NCBI GenBank assembly: GCA_000320545.1
Contig: ADNK01001071.1
Span: forward strand, 1-64,000
Source of the DNA: Bigelowiella natans CCMP2755
Taxonomy: Eukaryota; Protista; Cercozoa
Reading direction: 5' to 3'
Length of the DNA stretch: 64,000 nucleotides
Position 1 is the stretch's first letter, and each line of letters opens with the position of its first letter. Below are positions 1 through 14,423 of this stretch, piece after piece. Made by a program: the position numbers and the translations under genes. Below the pieces are notes generated by a model, which was not told the DNA's origin, did no database searches, and saw only the letters and a list, made by a program, of their open reading frames with translations.

Positions 1-184
1 GAGAGAGAGAGAGAGAGAGTATAAAATGTGTGTTGCATGATTTGGCAGCACCGTGTTTTCGTTCTCATCCCCTCTCCTCCTGTTTTGCTGCTGAAATCAC
101 AGGAGGAATATGAGAGAATTGCACAACCAAAAGATGTACACATATAGATTTTCTCCAAAATTAAGCACTGGACGTGCAAAAGCA

Positions 185-222
<38 letters not shown>

Positions 223-948
223 TGAACTTCAGCTCCTACTCTGTCGAGATGGCCGAATGGCGTAACCCCCGCATCCTCGATCTACGAACAACAGCAAAGC
301 AACCATATTCAAAGAAGACAGCAATGTGGTCTTCAACGTTCGATTCGATTTATATCCATATGCATGAAGTGTAGTACACTTGGAAAACCTGCTTCATATC
401 GTTTCTCATGTCCTCATAGAGCACATCGAACTGGACAAATAGACACAATTTGGAGATGAATGATGAGCCTTGGTTTTGGTGGGAGGACTATAAATAACCA
501 AGCTCTCACGGCTCTCGCACGCACCTTATTCTGTGGTCGTTGCTGCATATCTGTTGGATTCCTCTCGGAATTGAATTTCCCTGTTCCATACAGCTCCCCA
601 AGTTTTGGCTTCGCCCCACCTTTCGTATGGATGGAGCAGCTCAAATTTGGAAGACGGGTTGTTCACCACGAATCATAGTGTGTGAAGAGACAAAAGCAAT
701 AAACAGGGAGTACAGGCTCATATACATGTAGAACATGATATTGAATGGTGATCAAACAAACAGCTGTTGAGAGTTCGAAGATTGACAGGCTATTCATATC
801 GTCTGGCTCCTCATTCTTGGAGGACGCTCGCGTGCGAGTTGTCGGTCACAACTACACTAAATAAGCAGAATCCACCTCTGTTCCCCAAAGATTTGTCCCG
901 CTTTCCTCCACAAACTAGTCCGAAGTTCTTGCGAAGGGAGTCGAACAT
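1..948 (-). CDS. Probable 5' part of a multi-exon gene of unknown function, running off the left edge
   Basis: Short open segments flanked by GT/AG (MFDSLRKNFGLVCGGKRDKSLGNR; FDVLYEDMRNDMKQ; IEDAGVTPFGHLDRVGAE), lying head-to-head with the next gene. No family recognised. Confidence 0.3.
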
Positions 949-1324
949 AATTTCCGCAGGGAGAGGGGGCAGAGTTGATGAGGACCGGGGGGGGACGCAG
1001 CCAGGTTTGGTATTGCAGTCTGTGATGATCGTGGTAGGGGTACATCAAACGGCCTTTATTTTCTTCATAATATGACAAATATTGTTGTCGCACGCAACCA
1101 TTCCTCCCTTTGAATCATTCGAACACAGCGATATTTCTCTGAAGAGTCGTCGACACAATCTCGAAAGATCTTAAAAAATTTGACACAAAGCCAACCAGAA
1201 TGTTGTTTTAGTTGTGGCATTCCGGAACTTGGAATTCCGGCGAATTCAAGCCTGCGACAAGATTTCCCGTTGTCGTTAATAAATCTCACCACACCACCAA
1301 CCCTTCCGAACCGACGAAGCCCAC

Positions 1325-2963
1325 ATGGGCGGCCTGCGCTGTTTGGACGGGCTGTGCCTCTTGGCCTGCGTAGCTGGCATCCTGCTTGCTATTCAGAACG
1401 AGGGTTCCGTATCGTTTGTACACGTCTGGTACCATCCTCTCGATGCGAGCTCTTTCAGCAACGGGTCTACTTCTTCCACACACACTAACGACAATAACAA
1501 CGTCACCATCGCAGCAGATAGATCACCTCATCAGGCACGCAGCTTCGCTGAAGCATTATAATAGAATCACACGAGAATACCAACAGATATGGCTGCTTAA
1601 CTACCTTTGTAGGGTTTTTCCATCCTCATCTGAACGCGTTGATCCATTGATTCGGGACTTAGACGGCGATGGTCGCATCACCATCACCATCGTCATCATC
1701 ATCATCATCATCATTATCGTTATCGTCGTCCTCATCATCATCATAATGTCTAGCTCATAGGCCAAGTTAAGTAAGAAGGGCCACATTTCTTTGAGCTGCT
1801 TATGATATTTCAATATTTGGTGACACATGCCCCCTCACCCTCAAAAGGCGGTCCGGAGATCATCGTCGCCACTCGTGAGCCAAAGCTACGCATCTTGCAA
1901 GTGTCGATCATAGGTAACAGCACTAACACCCCAGCTGGTATCGATGCCTCCGCTATTCAATCCTAAAGAAATTAACACAACGAAGATGTAACCTATACGA
2001 TCTCGTCCTCGGCATCATCATCGTCGTCGTAATCGTCACCTATCAGGCTCTGGTGATGAGGCGGAGACGAAAGACCTCAAATCTGTTGAATCCAAAGATG
2101 CTGCAGCTGAGAGCCTTGCCGCTCACAAAGAGAGGATAACACGCGGCCATCTCGACACCGTGTCCAAAGTCGACCCTAATTGGGCTCAAGTTCGGGTAAA
2201 TAGTAGCTGGTGATGATTCGTGTAATGGTTGCTGTGAGTGGCGGTTGCACGCAAGTCACAGAAACAGAATACAATAGCTATGCACGTTAGCGCTATTCTC
2301 TTAATAACAAACGTATCCTCCCAATTACTATAATGCTTAGGTTATATCGGAGGTGTCGATGTCAGGTATTTGCTCATACAGAAAATGAAAACAACGTTTC
2401 CAACCAGTCGGCTATTTCTGGGGTGCAAATACAGTGTTTGTGTGTCGAAGCGTAGCAACCGTCAGCGACTTTGTTCATATTTTGGTTCAATGGGATTACT
2501 GGGCGTGTTTCTGTTGGCTGATGGTCCGGTAGGCAAGTTGAAAGTGAAGACAGGACGATATCCTGTAGCTGTTGGAACGGGTAGTAAAGGAAGCTCTTGT
2601 AATAATATTACAGAGTTGTTTCAAATGGCTCATCGCTCAGCTTCGGGTTGACGCTTTCCCCCCCATTCTTCCTTGCGAATTAGGCTATGTTGACGGTTAT
2701 AGCGAGGAGACCAATCGAAAGCAAATTATCGTTGTTGTCACCGACGGATGCAAGGTCAGGGAGCAACACTGTGCTGCTATTCTCAGCAGCTGCTTACTAC
2801 TCTGCTGCCTCTGCTACGTGCTACAACTCGATATGATATCAGGTCCTCTGCTACACTTCGGAGCTTCAATTGATGTGGGAGCAGGTAGTAGCTGCTGTTG
2901 TGGATGATGATCATCGCAGCGATGATAATCATGAATGAAACTACGAGGTTTATGGTGCGTGCA

Positions 2964-3008
<45 letters not shown>

Positions 3009-3213
3009 TTTGGTGCTTGTGCACAAATAATCGTTGAGGTAAAATATGTAGCAGCAGCAGCAGCAGCAGCATTATGGTTGTGTCGAAGGTAAAGAGTATG
3101 AGTGTGTGATTTCAAATCCTTGTAATTGTACTGTCTCCCAACTTAGAATCTTCACTGCGACTTGCTGGAGAATTACGTCTCCGAAGTTTCCATTTTCGTA
3201 ACTAGGTTAATCT

Positions 3214-3268
<55 letters not shown>

Positions 3269-3497
3269 TGTGTCTGTGTGTGTTGGGAGTGAATTCTCCG
3301 TTGTTGTTGTATGTATCTGAATCTCCATCATGATCCAACAGTCCTGTAGTGGTAGTCGTTTCTATGGACTAATAATGATAGCTGAATAGATAACAATAAA
3401 TGCAGCCACTCGATAATGAAGGGAGATCGTGGGATGGTGATTGTGGGTGCCAGGTTCTTGTCATCACCATCATCACTAGTATTAGTCACATTCCTAC

Positions 3498-3538
<41 letters not shown>

Positions 3539-3551
3539 TATACAAAATATA

Positions 3552-3590
<39 letters not shown>

Positions 3591-4175
3591 CATATTCCAA
3601 GGACGATGGTGGTCACTACTCGCTCTACTGCTTTGAAGGAAACACCGGACAAGTAAGCCGATGAGACCAAATATGGAGATGATAATTCGAATTATTGTCA
3701 TGCTCTAGACAAGGAAGATGATGATGATGATAATCATAAATACCAACTGACGTAATAATATATCCGAAATATCATGCTTGCTGTCACCTCTCTCTCTCTC
3801 TCTCTTTCTCTCTCTCCCCCTCCCTCTGTTTCTCTCTCTTTCTTGTTAAGGAACGATGGACGCATGTGGCGGGAGATTTTGAGCCAGAATTAGACCCGGT
3901 AATGACTGACGATAGGCACATCGATGAGAAGGAAGAAGAAGAAGAAGAAGATGATGATGATGATTATACAATAGAGGAGAGAGGCCACAGACATGTGCGG
4001 AGCGAGGACAACGACAGCTAGTGATTGATGTATTTGCCTTGTTTGTTGCTGTTGTTGTTGTTGTTCATTCATATCGTGCATAGGCTGAAGACTTATCGCC
4101 AATTCCTCAAGTACATAATATTGCTCAGCGTGAAACATGCTCAATTCATGCATTTATACCGTTCCTATAGACACG

Positions 4176-4215
<40 letters not shown>

Positions 4216-5310
4216 ACACATATATTCCATTGAAACGTTCATACGTACACACACATACCATACACGTCTACTATATAAGCACATTTCTGACCCCACAGCA
4301 GCATTGATGATGGCGATGATGATGATGATGATGATGATTGTCTCCATTGCTATGGTAAGGGATGCGCCTTCATCGGCTTTTGCTACTACCTACCACGATT
4401 CATCTTTTTCTCAAAAATAGGTGCATGACCACTCAGGGGAACTCGAATGGCAGGTGGTGTGAGCTCATCATGTTTCCAAAGTGTTCTTCTATTTCTTCTT
4501 CTTCTTCTTCTTCTTCTTCTTCTTCTTCTAATACGAGGAGAAACAGCGAGTATTTCACCGTCTCCACCCTACCTTGAAGGGACTGTCGTTGTCTTCGATG
4601 AAGCTCTCGATGTTGTTGTTGTTGTTGCTGTGACGTTGGGTGCTACGTGCACGCATAATAGGCGTTCCGATCTTCTTTCCTGAACACATTGCCACACGCG
4701 TGGTTCGGGTAGGCTGCTGATGATGACGGATGATGATGATGATGACGGATGATGATGATGATGATAGTGATGATGATCTTCTACTATCTTCTCCAACAAC
4801 GAAGGCAATCGGCGTGACGTGTACGTTTCGTGTTGGGCGTGTTGTGTATGTGTGTGTGCGTGTGTGTGTGCGAATGGCTCGTCGTTCACGATTGTGGTCA
4901 GTTCTGAAGACACGCAAATCGCCATATCTCATTTCGCAAAGCGTCGATCCGGTTATTATATCCGTCATCATCACCACCACCGCCACCATAATCATCATCA
5001 TCATCATCCTTATGGCCTTTATCATCATCACTATTCGTCGTCGTTATAGCCATCGTCATACTCTTCTTCTTCTCCTTCTTCTTCATCAGCTTTCTCTACT
5101 TCGAGCCCTTGTCGCCAATCATCACCATCACCAACCCCTCCAAGCCCGATGATGTCCCATTCTAATCCAAGAAGATCTGGCCCAATTTTTCAGGTAAATC
5201 CCGGGTCGGGAAACAGAAGGATAGGGAGAAGAAGGCGGCGCAGATGCAGCATCAGGTCAGTTGTGCTTGCAGATCTCTCCGCGTATTTGTGGTTGCGTAT
5301 CGTCATTGTG

Positions 5311-5351
<41 letters not shown>

Positions 5352-5394
5352 GTGTGTGTTTAATGACTGTGATTATGCTATCACCACCACTACG

Positions 5395-5428
<34 letters not shown>

Positions 5429-5616
5429 TTACTACTACTGTGTTGATCTTTCCTGATGGTTGCTTACTGTAAATGCTGTTGTAATGATGATGTTAATGGT
5501 GTGTAATAAATGCTAGCTGCCCGGCACTGAGCTACGGTCCGTCTCGAAGTTTCTCCGACCACATTTGGAAAGTGAGCATATCAAGGTCCTTGCTTGTGTA
5601 TGCCCTTCTGCTCTCC

Positions 5617-5658
<42 letters not shown>

Positions 5659-5768
5659 TTTCGTATGTATGTGTGTACGCGCGTTCCGCGTTCCACAGTA
5701 TTGTCACAATGTATGCGGTTGGGTAGCATAGTTTCCTTTTATAGCATCGTTGTGGGCATTATATATTT

Positions 5769-5806
<38 letters not shown>

Positions 5807-6332
5807 CTCTCTCTCTCTCTCTCCAATCAAATTATCAGAAACCAAACGTACTAGTAGTACACCTCCGCGACGGAATTCAAGCCATTCATCTATACTCAGG
5901 TCTCCTCCTCCCCCCCCCCCCCCCTCCCCTCCTCCTCCTTCTCCCCCTCCTCTAATTTTGACTTCATTTGTGAATTCTTCTCTTCCTCTTAAACTGACCT
6001 TTTCTCTCCCTTTCCTGCTGCTTCTTCTTCCTCCTTTTCTTCTTCTTCTTGTTCTTGTTCTTCTTCTTCTTCCTCCCACTCTCACAGGACGCATGGTCGC
6101 CAGTATGACTCTCAAGGCGGGCTCTGTAATACATGAAGATGATCATGATGATGATGACGATGACTGTTAATAACACATACAAGGAGATGATGCTAGAGCA
6201 TGCATGAATGAAGCAGAGTGAGCGTGATGAGCCACATATGCACATTAGAATGACATATTTATATGTAGCGTGATGAGCCACATATGCACATTAGAATGAC
6301 ATATTTATATGTATATAATGCAATTTCATAGC

Positions 6333-6371
<39 letters not shown>

Positions 6372-6405
6372 CTACAACTCTGACTTTTTTAAGTAGTATT
6401 TCATC

Positions 6406-6442
<37 letters not shown>

Positions 6443-6507
6443 TATGGAACTGTCCGCGTAAAAAGGTTCACGTTGATGTAAATTCTGACGGAGTTGTGGT
6501 GAGAGAG

Positions 6508-6550
<43 letters not shown>

Positions 6551-7466
6551 GAGAGAAAGAGAGAGGGGGAGGAAGATATGGAAGGAAGCATAGGGAGGGA
6601 GGGGGGGAGGGAGCGAGGGAGGGGGTAGAAGGGAAAAGTGTGAAAAGTGTATTTCTAATTTAAAACTTAAAAAGAAAAAGCAGAGATGAAATCATTTTTA
6701 TCACGGTGACACATATTATGTCAGGACCACATCGAAGCCATCGCAGGATGGGTAATGCCCTTTATCCTCTCCCCTCCCCCCCCCTTCTCGAAAAGCTACA
6801 CCAATGCGAACAACGCGCACGCGGCTTCCGTAGCGCTGGATCGGACGAGCATTGAATTGCTTAATGCGAGAGCATCGTTGACATCGTGACTGCCATCAGG
6901 AGGAAGAGAATAGATCCTGAAATATATTTGACCTTTTGTGGTGCTGTGACCTTTTGCGTTGGGAGTGTATTGTATGTGTGAGGGTCATCATCATTTATCA
7001 ACAGGTGTCACCTTGGTATTCTAGCGCCTCATCCATGGTCACCCCGAATTGCTATATAGGGAGGGGAGGGGGGGGGGGGGTGGCTGGCATAATTTTCTCC
7101 TCATTATGCCTTGTTGTCCCGCCATCCTAACAACATCTTCGCTATACCCTTTCCTATGGCGATGATCGTTTGACAATTTAAATGTCTTCGTGTACGCAGA
7201 TCCACGTACAAAAGCACATTCCGAAGTCCCTCCCAAGGTGCCTTGTCCTGGTCACAACCGGTAATAATAATAGCAGCAGCAGCAGCAGCAGCAGCAGTAT
7301 GAATCTTGAAATAGATTCGTACGCCTTCATTAGTTTTTCCCCCAAAAAACAGAGAAACAACCCTTTAGGCGTGCCTACTCGCGGCCGGCTGTTAAATACA
7401 ACAATTTGCCCCAAGGAACGAAGGGGGAGGCCCAGGAATAAACACGATTTCAGGTACTTCTACAAA

Positions 7467-7499
<33 letters not shown>

Positions 7500-7553
7500 C
7501 ATGAAAGGAGGAAGAAGAAACTGGCGGAGCAAAAGCAGCTCAGCTCCAACGAT

Positions 7554-7590
<37 letters not shown>

Positions 7591-7822
7591 TTATCGATGC
7601 TGCTATAATGATGCCAGATTCACAGCATTCGAGAAGGCTGGGGTGACGGTGACGAGGCCCATTGTCATCCCAAAAGTCTCCACAAAGGTGTGTGAGGAGG
7701 AGGGGGAGAACTATAAGTGCTACGCAGGGTTGGCCATATACCTTGAGCAAAAATGTGATGGTGATAGTGTGTGTTTTAAACGTAAGTACGTCTTCTTGAG
7801 TCATCATCGCGCCATCATCAAC

Positions 7823-7864
<42 letters not shown>

Positions 7865-8382
7865 GTGCAGCGTCGAGGGGAGGGGTGGAGTATGAGATGA
7901 TATTCGCTGCTAGCACCGGCCACGTCACCAGGTCACGTTGATTATGTACTACAATGATATAGGATATAATATAACATACCTGGCGGAAGGAGACACGAAG
8001 GAGAGCGAAATCATCGTAATTCATTGATTCACTTGCTGTTTCGTTGTTTGGTTCTCCATCGTGCATCCACTCATCAGTGTGCGTGCCGATGGCACCCGTA
8101 ACTGGCAAACGCGCACGGATTCGGGGTGGTCCAGCAAGCTGGGCTCTCTCTCAGAAGGAGGGGGGGGGGAGGACGGTGGAGAGGGGCTGCAGGTCGTCGT
8201 CGTCGTCGTGTTGTAGAGGAAGTTGGTATTCGTGGTTGTAGTAGTTGTTGTTGGGCATGTTGGAACAGACCGCAGCAGTGTGCGTGGCGATATACCATAC
8301 ACATGCATACGAAGAATCGTGTCTGTGTGAGAGTGTGTGTGTGCTACAAGTAGTGCGTGGTCGTTATATATTATACATTATT

Positions 8383-8417
<35 letters not shown>

Positions 8418-8614
8418 CTTCCCTTAGGCCGGTACGAATGCCGACAGCGAGCTTAAAAAGGCAGCGTTTCTGCCTTCTACACGCATCCTCCCGCTCAGGA
8501 GCAGTGATGACTCAGATACCACCACCAGCACTAGCAGCAGCAGCAGCAACTACATACTCCTTGTTGGAGAGAAGACGCTATCTGTGCTCTCTCAGAAAGG
8601 TGAAAGCAGTAGTG

Positions 8615-8646
<32 letters not shown>

Positions 8647-9296
8647 TGTAGTTGTGGTTGTGATCACGGTTTTAAATCAAAGAAATCACTCCAGCAAGAA
8701 CAGAGGATATATAATGACGCTGCAGAAGCTTAGTTGTCTTTCCACCAATCGCTTCTTCTCCTTCTTCTTCTTCTCCCCCCTCGGCTGATGCACATAATCT
8801 TTATGTATGGCGGTGAATGGTGGATCTTCAGGCAGCGTTCGCACTGAAATGGATCTTCCAGACTTACCTATTGGGCCTGTTGTGCTAGGTGATGGGAGAA
8901 CGAAGCGAAGAATGATGATGATGATGAGGAGGAGGAGGAGGAGGAGGGGGGGGGGGGGGGAAGAAAGAGTCTCATGTTGTCTGTTTCTGTATTACCGCTC
9001 AATTGCTAACAGTATTCATCATCTACTAGACTTGATCATTGTCTCACAAATAGTGTTTGAAGAGCCCTGTGTTGCTGCTGTTACTGCTGTTGTTGCTGCT
9101 GCTGCTGCTGCTTCCAGAAATACGATTGATTGATTGATCGATTGATTGTGTGTGTATGTGTGCGTGTGTGTGTATTTCTCCTCTTACCTCTTCTTTTCTT
9201 TTCGCCTTAAATCCCTCGTCGTCGTCGGTCTTCAGGCGATTTCAGTGGGGACGGATACACAGATGTGATCATCAGAACGCAAGATGGATTTCATGG

Positions 9297-9329
<33 letters not shown>

Positions 9330-9560
9330 TCAGTAGTATAGATAGCTTGGTGGTGACTTGGAATAGTTCGACGTCGCTGTGGTCAATCGATCGTTGTTTA
9401 ATCGTCGTTGTTGCCGTGGTGAACCAGGTTCGTTATGAGGACTCGTCTGGCCACGCATCTCTTCACTCTCTTGATGGGAACAATGATCGTCGCGTTGGGG
9501 TTTGCATTAGCATTTGCAAGCGCTGGATCGTCTGATGACAGCAGTTATTCGGGGCGTTGA
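1325..9560 (+). CDS. FG-GAP-repeat membrane protein, similar to Arabidopsis At3g51050 (NERD1); many exons with SSR-rich introns
   Basis: N-terminal MGGLRCLDGLCLLACVAGILLAIQNEGSVSFVHVWYH; FG-GAP-type loops PLIRDLDGDG|GPEIIVAT, VDVNSDGVV|DHI and GDFSGDGYTDVII; blocks KQIIVVVTDG, HYSLYCFEGNTG and PNVLVVHLRDGIQAIHLYSG; C-terminal TM segment LFTLLMGTMIVALGFALAF followed by TGA at 9558-9560. Family match is from recalled motif order, not a search. Confidence 0.75.
2960..9330. repeat. Dense di- and trinucleotide microsatellites in introns (same pattern at 31650-36670 and 39000-41100)
   Basis: Numerous (TA)n, (CA)n, (CT)n, (GAT)n, (TAG)n, (CTT)n and (CAG)n tracts of roughly 25-45 bp. Confidence 0.9.
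6221..6312. repeat. Exact 46-bp tandem duplication (2 copies) in an intron
   Basis: agcgtgatgagccacatatgcacattagaatgacatatttatatgt at 6221-6266 and 6267-6312. Confidence 0.9.
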
Positions 9561-10470
9561 TAAGCCTAATATTGTCAGCCCTCTTTCTTGCATCACGAAT
9601 GTAGGCTTTTAGGTAGAGCGCTGGCGTTAAAAGCCGGAATGCTAATTCGCATGCATGTATTTATTGATGTGGCTGAATGCGAGTAGCAGTTTTTGCAGTA
9701 TGCATCGCGGCCGTGCTAGTGTGCATGTGTGTGCGTGTGTGTTACCCGCTTGTTGTTGTGATCGATCAAAGCCCTACATTTTTTATGTGTATGCATTCCC
9801 AGGCTGCTAGCAAGCAGGATGCGATGCAATGCGATTTGTTGCAACAACAGTGTGCTTTCAAGCCGCTGCGATGGCAAGCTGTGCGCACGCACAGCTAGAC
9901 AGTCAAACTATCTACCCATTGTCGCTGGATCTTACTATCTAGCTATGTGCAGCCCTGCGCTCAGAGTTTTGTGCAAGATCGATTCTGCTCTGCATGCACT
10001 GACATGTGTGCTGTCTCAATTGGCACGACGACATAACAGTGCGATTATGAGAATGCTATATAAGCTGCTGCAGTTTGATTCGTTTGCATGGGATGCCATA
10101 TCACACATCGAAGCGTAAGCACTGTTACAATATTATAATCAAATTAATAGAAGCTTCATGGATTGATGCATGTGAATTTATATTTCGCATGCATATGTAC
10201 ACACATACTTGCATACATACTTACATACTTACATACAGACATACAGACATTGGGATGACAATTGGAAAAATGTGATAATTTCATTACATCCGTCTCATAC
10301 ATACAGACATCATATCACGTATGAATATATACCTATTGCTTGTGTTTATTTTAGTTGTGCTGCCATGTGGTTGGTTGTCAGCAGTTAGTCCCTTGGCAGC
10401 GCATCGTTCGTCGCGCAGTTCAGGAGCTGCATTCAGACACACATATCCCCGAATTTTATCTCCTCGATGA

Positions 10471-12607
10471 CTACATCTTTGCGGCGGGCCGGAGCGCTTC
10501 GGTAGCACCCTTTTTGATAATCTGTGCAGCCCGAGCAACCACCTGTGAAGTAATTACTCCTCAGTGCAAACAAGCCAACGAAAGTATTTATATTCAGGCT
10601 TCAAGAGCCTGTACAAATCTCTCTAATATCGGCTGTTATCGAAAAGGCGTATATCTTTCCATGGTCTCTTTCTACCCTAAACTAGCTACAATGCGGAGTT
10701 GTTTATAACGTGGCAATTCCTTATCGTAGCAATGAGTAGGAGGAAGGTCAGAAGACTCTTACCCCTTTCTTGGTCAGAATTATACATAAGGATAGAACAT
10801 TGAGAGAGGATAAGTAATAGTATGGGTTGTTTTAGGTAGCCGCGATAGTTCATGATTGTCGCTGCCGTCTCGAATAAACAACACCTGTTCTTCCGAGCTT
10901 TTCAGTTGGAGAGGAATTAGCTTGATGATGCCCTTCGATCCAACCAGAGAGGGCCAGCTCAAGTAGCAGCCGTACTTATCCGACCACACAGACAACTGGA
11001 ATACGCCCCGCCTATCCTGCATCATGCCTTGAACAATGCGTGACACCATTGTCATGATAGAGAGCAATGAGCTGCTGGCAAAGTAGTATTCTGATTGCTA
11101 TTTTGAATTAGCGTGCAAATACAAACCGCGACTCAGCTTCGCCACGCACGCCCCAATGCTATAGTATGTGGATCCCTTGGCTTGGAGGAACATCGTGTAC
11201 AACAAAACGAACATTTTTATCAGTTATGCGAAATAAGCAGGAAAATGCGCAACAAGAAGCACTAGGTTTTTCCGCCGTCATCACAAACGCTTTATACGAC
11301 ATCGTCTCGTCACTCAGCAACCTTTAATAATTTTGTAGGCTTTGTCGCGCGTATCGTCTGCGATCTGCTTGAGATCTTTTTCTTTAAGTTTTCCGTACTC
11401 CGAGACACTCACGCCTGCAATTTGTGCGTTGCTAAAAAGCGCCACCTTCAACGAAGATAGCACAATATAGCCAGTTTCAAATAAAAAGAAACGACGGAAA
11501 AGTTCTGAGAATATTATCACATCTTGCCACTAGTCAATACTTCTTTTTAATCTCCCTATTTTCCTCCCATTTTTGACAAATGTTTTATTATTCCTGATGA
11601 TAAGGATACACAGTACAATGCTGCCATCATGGTTGTGACTACTACCTGACAGTCCCCATGCATGCCGACGACATAAGCGTGAACGTGCGAGACCGCAACA
11701 TCAAGTCGCCTCGAGATATCAGTGCGCAATCGCATTGAGTCTAGAAAGGTTCCTGACCCAATGACACGCGTCTTTGGGATACCACTGATTTCCTGAAACA
11801 CCTAAAGAGAAGAACGGTTATTCGAATCATGATGGAGAGAAGAAGCGAATACTACTCATTTCCATGGATGGTGATGATGGGAAAGAGAATAGGTAATAGA
11901 GGTACATATAAAAGGCATGCCTGGTGGAGGCATTAATACATCGGAGGCATCCTTTTAATAATTATGCCGTGCATAAGGCCAAGGTTTTGTCTTTCTTTGA
12001 AAAGACTAATGTTGCATCACTACGGTGTTCCCACGTCGCCACGGAGCAGAGCCGTCATCATAATGCGCGGTAAATTTCACAATAATTTCGACAACCTGCG
12101 TGAGGATATCTACCGGATTTGCAACCAAGAGCACAATTGTATGCTCGGAGACGGTCCCCATTGAGTTTGAAATTGCCCGAAGGATCTTCACGTTCCGCTT
12201 CAGAAGTTTCTCCCTTGTCTCTACAACAATACAACCAGAACGTGATGTGAATCAAGACAACACATTCATATAACAGCAACAACGACACCTCCTTTTCTTT
12301 GTTTAGCGCCTGCAGTAATAATGACAATATTTGCGTTGGCTGCGTCCTGGAACGAGCCAACTCGGACAGCTGTGTCAGTGAGGAAAGAAGCATCCGAAAG
12401 ATCCATTACTTGGCCCTTGCATAGCTCCATATCAATATCAACCATCAAGACCTCCTCGAACACCCCCTCTGGTAAATCATGGCAAATTGAAATGTTTAAG
12501 AGAATACTCACATCGTAGCATAGTCAGAACATACCCCACATAAGGAAGCTTGCAATCGTCGATCCAACCGATCCGGCCCCTATAATTGCTACGTTGTGCG
12601 GCGGCAT
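10471..12607 (-). CDS. LDH: L-lactate dehydrogenase (multi-exon)
   Basis: MPPHNVAIIGAGSVG Rossmann motif; IITAGAKQRKG|ETR with Gln at the specificity position (LDH rather than MDH); VANPVD, VIGSGTFLDSMRLR, VVGMHGD, KGSTYYSIG; last exon VVARAAQIIKKG...AKM* with stop at 10471-10473. Confidence 0.9.
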
Positions 12608-13232
12608 ATCTATATAAGCATAATTCGTGTCAGTAGTGACTACAACAACAACAACGAGTATGATTTCCAAAAAATGGTTGTTTTTTTGGCCCTCCCCATG
12701 ATTTTAATGCACACCTCTCACACGCGTGTTTGCACCTGGGTTGTGGTAGTCTTTCACGATTATGTTGAATTATTTGCCTCAAAAACCAATCCAATTTCAT
12801 ATAGCGACAACCTAAAAAGTGAAGAACACACAAGAATCTCATGCCAGTCTCTGTCGTCACAATTAAATCTCCTCTGTTTTCCGTCTCCATGGATCCAAGG
12901 AGAGAAAATCTGCTCAACGTTGGTGTTGAAGTGTTGAACAAGGTTTGACCAAAAACAGATGAAACGGCCTCCATTTTTCAGATGTCACAGCCCAAAAAAT
13001 CAAAATCTATTTGAATCACAGGTTAAGTTTATTCAGATACACACATGAAGTTGTCCTTGCGTATTTTGAGGAGATTTCCAGGATTTCATGGCAATAAATG
13101 CCATCTTTGCTGCTTTTCTAGTCCATATTCCCTTCGATTAGCACATGAACGACAACGAATTGTGTGCTTTTTCTTTGGCATTCCAAAACTCTGAAACAAA
13201 ACAGAAAGAGCTCCAATGATGTCGCCGACTCC

Positions 13233-14371
13233 ATGTCAGAACCCCCTTCCTCCCTCGCCGACGCTATCTCGAAGGTAGCTTTTGCTGTGCGGCTTTTGCA
13301 ACAAACCTTGTACCTTTAATTTCGATGGGATTTTTTATCTGCTCTCGAAGGCGCCATATCGAATGCAAACCACTAGTTCATTGCTTCAATCTGCGATGAT
13401 CGATTTTATATTCCATCATTCGATTAAAAATGTGTTCTCGGTAGAAAAGGTTGGGTAAATAGAGAGGATATTCCTTTTGGACTTACTGCGTCCGAATCTC
13501 CGTAATGATAACGTTTTTTATCATTTTTTATGCGAACATAACTCCATCATTATGACGGCCTTTTTTGTCATTTTAAGGAAGCTTTGGCCCAATCAAAATC
13601 GTAAGCATACACTCGAAAGCAGGCCTTATCAATTGAGAAATTCAGAGGACAAACGCCCGAGACAAAAGTCTGACCGAGACGAAAAGCACCCAATGTTCTC
13701 GTTATGCATCATGTAAGCCTCGCATGTGGAACGTGTCCATCACAATACTAAATTTAAAATGTGGTCACAAAATTACTAAATTACTAAATAACTTACTGCT
13801 TTCCGCATTATCTAGCTGCAAAGAAGGCGAGGAAAAGGGCACAGAAAATGTAGAAAATAAAAGGAAAACTGTAGAGAGTGAAGATGGATGCGCAGAAAAG
13901 GAGGAATCTATCTCGAACGAGGGTCGCTTCGATAGACAGAACGTGGACAGAGGAACTGAGGACAGAGAGGATATTCAGTCTAATTTTCAATCAGAGCAAG
14001 AGGACGACGATTCAGATAATGATGATGACAACCCACATCCTGTAAGTTCATTCCCAAAATAGGAAATAAGAGGAAGACAAATATCAACCACTTACTCTCT
14101 CTCTCACACACACACGCACTCATTCACTCACCTACTGCATGTATGACAGAAATTTGCGTTTTTCAGATAGATTTTCCCGTCGCCGATGTAGATGTTGAAG
14201 AGGCCATCTGCAGCGGCGATGTTGTGGAAGTGGCTCGGCTATTAGAATCTGGGTATGAAGCTAACACGAGTTGCGGTGAAGACGATGAACCAATGATACA
14301 GGTACCGAAGCAGCATATGGATGAGGAGGACAGAACAATTCTGAGAGCTAAGCCACATTTGAAGGGCGTGA

Positions 14372-14423
<52 letters not shown>

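Noticed and set aside
6221-6312. Direct repeats as a CRISPR-like array (also 32786-32891)
   Set aside because: Only two adjacent copies, no spacers, intronic, and no cas genes; simple local duplications.
2783-9535. Many short ORFs with poly-H/T/I/Y/L/S runs (also 31300-41500)
   Set aside because: They are translations of intronic microsatellites.
10471-12607. Malate dehydrogenase
   Set aside because: The substrate loop AGAKQRKGETR has Gln, not Arg, at the specificity position.
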